The position numbers and the translations under genes were made by a program. Positions 61,001-64,000 of a stretch of DNA of 64,000 bases are shown piece after piece (position 1 is the first letter of the stretch; every line of letters begins with the position of its first letter). The DNA comes from Basidiobolus meristosporus CBS 931.73 (Eukaryota > Fungi > Basidiobolomycota), in contig MCFE01000413.1 of assembly GCA_002104905.1 (NCBI GenBank), positions 1 through 64,000 on the forward strand, written 5' to 3'. Below the pieces are notes generated by a model. That model did not search any database, was not told the DNA's origin, and worked only from the letters and a program-made list of their open reading frames with translations.

Positions 61001-63674
61001 GACGGAGGCGATGGCGAAACCTACGGAATGCTACGCCAACCCCGCCTCCGAGGTGATGGGATTCAAGATAGTGCATCCGGAGCTGCGACGGGACGCGGAG
61101 AAATTCGGGATCCTGGAGCAGCCACCGGTGGCCGCGCTCATCACCTTCCTGCAGGCAAGCCCGCCCGGACATCCGACCTACGGCAGATGGGTGTTCGAGT
61201 ACCTGGCCAGCCGACAGGCGGACTTTACCTCGGCCGATTGGGAGAAGCTTCGGTTCCTAAAGTTCATCCCTGTCCAGAGCAGCAACGAGACCCCGGTTTA
61301 CTGGATGGCCCCGGGCGAATGCTATTTCATCAACGACACGGTCGACTTCAAGTACGACTTCTTCACCTACATCCACTTCGGCCCGATCGCCAACCTGTTC
61401 CTGAAAGCGTGCGGCGTCCAAGAGGAGCCATCCCCAGTCGACCTGGCCCGCATCATCACGAAAGACCCTCCGAAGTTCCTCGAGGCCTGTCAGCGAAACC
61501 CGGCCCACACCTCGGGCCAAGCCTCTCGTGACCACGGATACGAGCATTACCTGCAAGTGCTGCGACAGTTGGCCATCCAGATGCCGACGTTGTCCCGGCA
61601 CTCTGACATCATGAGGGCCATGAGGAGTCGACCCTTCCTGATCGCGGTCCGGGAGAAAGGCGGCCAGTCGATGGCGGAGAAGAAGAGCGACCAACACCCG
61701 ATGGACGTATCGGAAGCCTCGGTGCTGGAGTATCGCCTAGAATCCCCGGGCAACATCTGTCTGGTGGACGACACGGTCCTCCAGAAGACATTCAACCCGT
61801 GGTACGCGCCGATGGAGACGTTACTGGAGACGTTCTACGAGCAGCTGGGCAGCACCTGGATATCGAAGCAAGTGACCGAGTCTTCCCGGCCAACGGGGGC
61901 GATCACCCAGAGTGGCCGATCCCAAGCTTTGCAGAATCTGATCCGAGAGCGTGCCCCGCTGCTGATCTACGACTACCAACGAGAACAGTCCACGAAAGTG
62001 CTCCGCTCCAGCGAGTGGTTGGCCACGAAACTGCGGGTGCTTGAGGTGGATCAGATCCACATCCACCGCAAGTTCCTCCCCACCCACCAGGTCCACACCG
62101 AAGCCACTACCGCCTGCTTGGAGCGGGGGCTACGCGGGGTGGACGCGCCGAGGGACGCCGTGTTCCTCCTGATCTCCCGTCAGGACTACAACGAGTTCGA
62201 CATTGCCACCTGTCTATGCAAGATCCTTTTCTCCAAATCCCGGCTGAACGACGCGCTGCTACTCGAGACCCTACTCTCCACCAGCTTGCAGCACCTGAAG
62301 CGCAAAGGTTTCCCTGTCGATCGAATCCTCAACCACCAGAAGGCGGTGACCCCGGCGGCAACGCCGAAACCCGTTGAGCCCGCTCCACCCCGGTCCTCCA
62401 CCCCGCCGAAGGGATCACCGGCCAGTGACCAGCCACCACCTTACGAGCCCAAGGGCCCGACGCAACCCGCACCGCTACCCGCCCACCTGAATCCCTACTT
62501 CAGCCAGCTTCAAGCCATGTTCCCGGATTGCGATCCGAATTACCTGAAGTCCTGCCTGTTGGAGGAGAAACGGGATCACGTTGCCCGAGTGAGCAACCGG
62601 CTGCTGGACGACACGTACCCTCGCCTCCCCAACCACACCACGCAGAAGGAACGAACAGCCGTGGGTGGCAAGCAGCCCGCTCCCCAGCCACCGGCCACCA
62701 CACCGCCCACCCCCGTCCCCACCTCGTCAAATCTGATGGACAGGCTTAGCCGTCGCTTCCAGAGCGGGATCAACGATTGGTACAAGAGCTACGACAAGCC
62801 ATCCGGCCCGTCCACCACGACGATCGACGATTCCGAGAGCAAGCATCAGCCGATCCCTGGTGGGTTCCCCAGCCTTCCCCGACCTCCCAAGAGCCAGAGC
62901 CAGAGCTCGAGCTCGAGCCCGAACCCGAGCCAGCCCGGCGGGGAGCCGGTGAACACGGTCGGACCCGACCACACGGAGCTGCTGCAACGATCGCTGAAAT
63001 CCTCGGTGGATTCGTGTGTTCGTAACGTCAACGCCTTCGACGGTCGCGAGCCGGAGAAGGCGGCCACCCCACCCCCGCCGAAGGACTACACCGGGGAGGC
63101 CCACCACCATTACTGCAGCGTGATCCCACCGCAGAAACTCGCTCATTGCGCGCGAATCGGTCAGTTCGACCTCTACCTTGAGACCGGGATGGCCTCCAGC
63201 GAGTTGTTCGCGTGCGATCTGGCCGGGCAAAGCGTCCCCTTGGTGCAGTTCGATCGGCTGACCGGCTCACTCACCGCCCCCGACGGTAGCACCATGGCGC
63301 CGGGAAGTAATCTGCACTCGCTGCACCTGATGGGCCACACGTTGACCACTCTAGTCCAGGTGTTCCAGCTGAACCCCGCTTCGGTGCACCTCTACTACGA
63401 CCGGGAGGGGCCCACCGTAGCATTCAATCGGGGCCGCTCGCTCTTCTTCAACCTACGGTACTTCCTGCTCCTCCATCACCCCCGGATGGCGGTGTCCCCG
63501 ACGGAGGCGGCCGACGTTCACTTCTACTGGTTCATGGTCGCCTGCCACGAGCTCGCCCACAACTTCGTCTCCGATCACAACGCTCAGCACGAGTTCTACC
63601 TGTCGTCGTTTGCGGAGCAGTATCTCGGCCCCTTGGTCCGCTCCCTCCTCCGAATGGGAAAGGTGAGCGCGTGA
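58011..63674 (+). CDS. Large protein (~1887 aa): sacsin-like GHKL (Hsp90-fold) ATPase, DUF3684-like region, CUE motif, C-terminal HExxH zinc-metalloprotease motif; apparently intronless; internal compensating frameshift pair at ~60567 and ~60866
   Basis: ERVQVNQRHLIDKILARYS..FTIYRELLQNANDA, NNGRPF..EDWNRLKKIAEGNPDEQKIGFFGVGFYSLF, GKVFIGFPTHQTTG...HLAAHLIPTVERESIDF, LQAMFPDCDP..L......V....LL (62496-62612), CHELAHN (63543-63563); strong GC3 bias in this frame. The family assignment is from recalled motifs. Confidence 0.9.
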   Translation: MDLDLSAFKSLVIHDSAAEERVQVNQRHLIDKILARYSAPFTIYRELLQNANDAGATEAKIHFRTKTPDDAQSNPNPNPNPKPKPFTKEFFRTNSSEPKESNPTSFDPNASCHTVLFQNNGRPFQPEDWNRLKKIAEGNPDEQKIGFFGVGFYSLFSICEEPFVVSDQECMAFFWKGDQLYTKRLAVPEPMRQLGGWTTFSLDLREPVTVPEVEEFGRFLACSIAFTQNLRSVSLYLDDQLLVKVSKKVSEPNPLSCTHPTGQRLTNEACQSLHTRSPHGVFQLSAVYGLQVQIDAEYLKCTKTSGMFWSSGPKFSRISSTLFLKIAQAHLTTHVTPAFADQMERTTKKSPPKTTLVQMIYTGLEEYEASISVHQDFPIFRDLLPYPHQGKVFIGFPTHQTTGCSVHLAAHLIPTVERESIDFVDPHLARWNQEMLSMCALLARVLYDEEIADISQRYLRLVDGPKPKEGSPSGEPDPAMTWLERRCIHAMTSFCFHPATPIKTVGKLMEKCFFASGKVPPGLLSSCGVKPCDQVRLPDPELVPFLRTTPYLPSKIQKEAGEMLSSLQERYHLVKVGLPDLIRDVSGYAITVDQAVALLRWWLGFKESQGRGHLPPEHGQQLLRAITLLNPLPSFSLGSPEIGAKDAVGPTMPVALAEFRYFLNPKVVHQGLPVPQETLPFELTRHFNQRELREAFGTWKELTLAIWTEHVVQQHRSELTTSPVFSEKIHHVLYRGFYQQSPNDRALMLSLLEGVACIPTQLGQRLPKETYFKNVKLFSDLPIVQLAKFPSGMERFLGDLGVRTHVDLQLVFDRLEHLNWDFMKLLKYLASVKSQLSEAEMEKLSQTPLFPARSLIRPKPHQSTERQEPGAQPAAGSIQGQRAVRPGRTPVQPWATGDRVARQVARLVGGGEVPSEVGSENQPAAGQAHADRGNRGIPGNPDECVEILHRALASHYQWVYRREEIQIPLIPCTRLSPRPGTGDSMAKGATLGDQFTKTEAMAKPTECYANPASEVMGFKIVHPELRRDAEKFGILEQPPVAALITFLQASPPGHPTYGRWVFEYLASRQADFTSADWEKLRFLKFIPVQSSNETPVYWMAPGECYFINDTVDFKYDFFTYIHFGPIANLFLKACGVQEEPSPVDLARIITKDPPKFLEACQRNPAHTSGQASRDHGYEHYLQVLRQLAIQMPTLSRHSDIMRAMRSRPFLIAVREKGGQSMAEKKSDQHPMDVSEASVLEYRLESPGNICLVDDTVLQKTFNPWYAPMETLLETFYEQLGSTWISKQVTESSRPTGAITQSGRSQALQNLIRERAPLLIYDYQREQSTKVLRSSEWLATKLRVLEVDQIHIHRKFLPTHQVHTEATTACLERGLRGVDAPRDAVFLLISRQDYNEFDIATCLCKILFSKSRLNDALLLETLLSTSLQHLKRKGFPVDRILNHQKAVTPAATPKPVEPAPPRSSTPPKGSPASDQPPPYEPKGPTQPAPLPAHLNPYFSQLQAMFPDCDPNYLKSCLLEEKRDHVARVSNRLLDDTYPRLPNHTTQKERTAVGGKQPAPQPPATTPPTPVPTSSNLMDRLSRRFQSGINDWYKSYDKPSGPSTTTIDDSESKHQPIPGGFPSLPRPPKSQSQSSSSSPNPSQPGGEPVNTVGPDHTELLQRSLKSSVDSCVRNVNAFDGREPEKAATPPPPKDYTGEAHHHYCSVIPPQKLAHCARIGQFDLYLETGMASSELFACDLAGQSVPLVQFDRLTGSLTAPDGSTMAPGSNLHSLHLMGHTLTTLVQVFQLNPASVHLYYDREGPTVAFNRGRSLFFNLRYFLLLHHPRMAVSPTEAADVHFYWFMVACHELAHNFVSDHNAQHEFYLSSFAEQYLGPLVRSLLRMGKVSA

Positions 63675-63791
63675 ACACCATCGCCGCCTCAGTAGTCACT
63701 CCTCTCCCCTCACCGCCCCCCCCCTACCATTTACCCAACTCATACACCCGTCCACTAATGTTTATACCCCGATCCCCGCCGTAAGATCCGA

Positions 63792-63797
63792 AATAAA
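63792..63797 (+). promoter_or_regulatory. Possible polyadenylation signal AATAAA
   Basis: AATAAA ~120 bp after the stop codon, in otherwise GC-rich sequence. Confidence 0.3.
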
Positions 63798-64000
63798 TCA
63801 CTTGATGCGCTTAAAACCCCAACGCTGCGGTCCATATTTTGGCAGTTTCCCCATGCCCCTCCGAGCCAATACCGCATCTTGAGTTTCCACTTGACTGACA
63901 GCCAGATTGGAGATTACTCATTGACGGTTCGGTTTGCTAGTCAATCCGGGCTCCTTCGAGTCAGTGAGGCTCCAGAAATTGTTTGCTTTTTCAGTCTGGT

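Noticed and set aside
58149-63270. Many long overlapping ORFs on both strands (e.g. 58149-59726 minus, 525 aa; 58517-59608 plus)
   Set aside because: Shadow ORFs expected from high GC3 coding sequence; no motifs. The only exception is the +1 frame at 60568-60866, reported as a finding.
1-64000. tRNA or rRNA genes
   Set aside because: None recognized; the only tRNA-related sequences are the 12-13 nt retrotransposon primer-binding sites.

Overview
Eukaryotic genomic DNA, most likely fungal; an early-diverging lineage with a TE-inflated genome is my inference. The window has two sharply different parts. (1) About 1-57380 is AT-rich, almost CpG-free and made of nested, decayed transposable elements: two Ty1/copia families (three copies with both LTRs and TSDs, several solo LTRs), a Ty3/gypsy element, three PIF/Harbinger-superfamily elements plus two foldback MITEs, three tnp2/CACTA-type remnants, a probable LINE fossil, and a six-copy unclassified ORF-bearing repeat. 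Buried in it is a pseudogene of a compact, divergent Rpb2-family (second-largest subunit) multisubunit RNA polymerase, probably of large-DNA-virus origin. It is split by a 9-kb nested copia insertion and can be rejoined across a 5-bp TSD. (2) About 57380-64000 is a GC/CpG-rich island with one apparently intronless gene: sacsin-like GHKL ATPase, DUF3684-like body, CUE ubiquitin-binding motif and a C-terminal Wss1/WLM-like HExxH metalloprotease motif. Its long ORF hides a ~100-codon stretch in the wrong frame between two compensating indels. All calls come from reading motifs by eye; no database searches were run.
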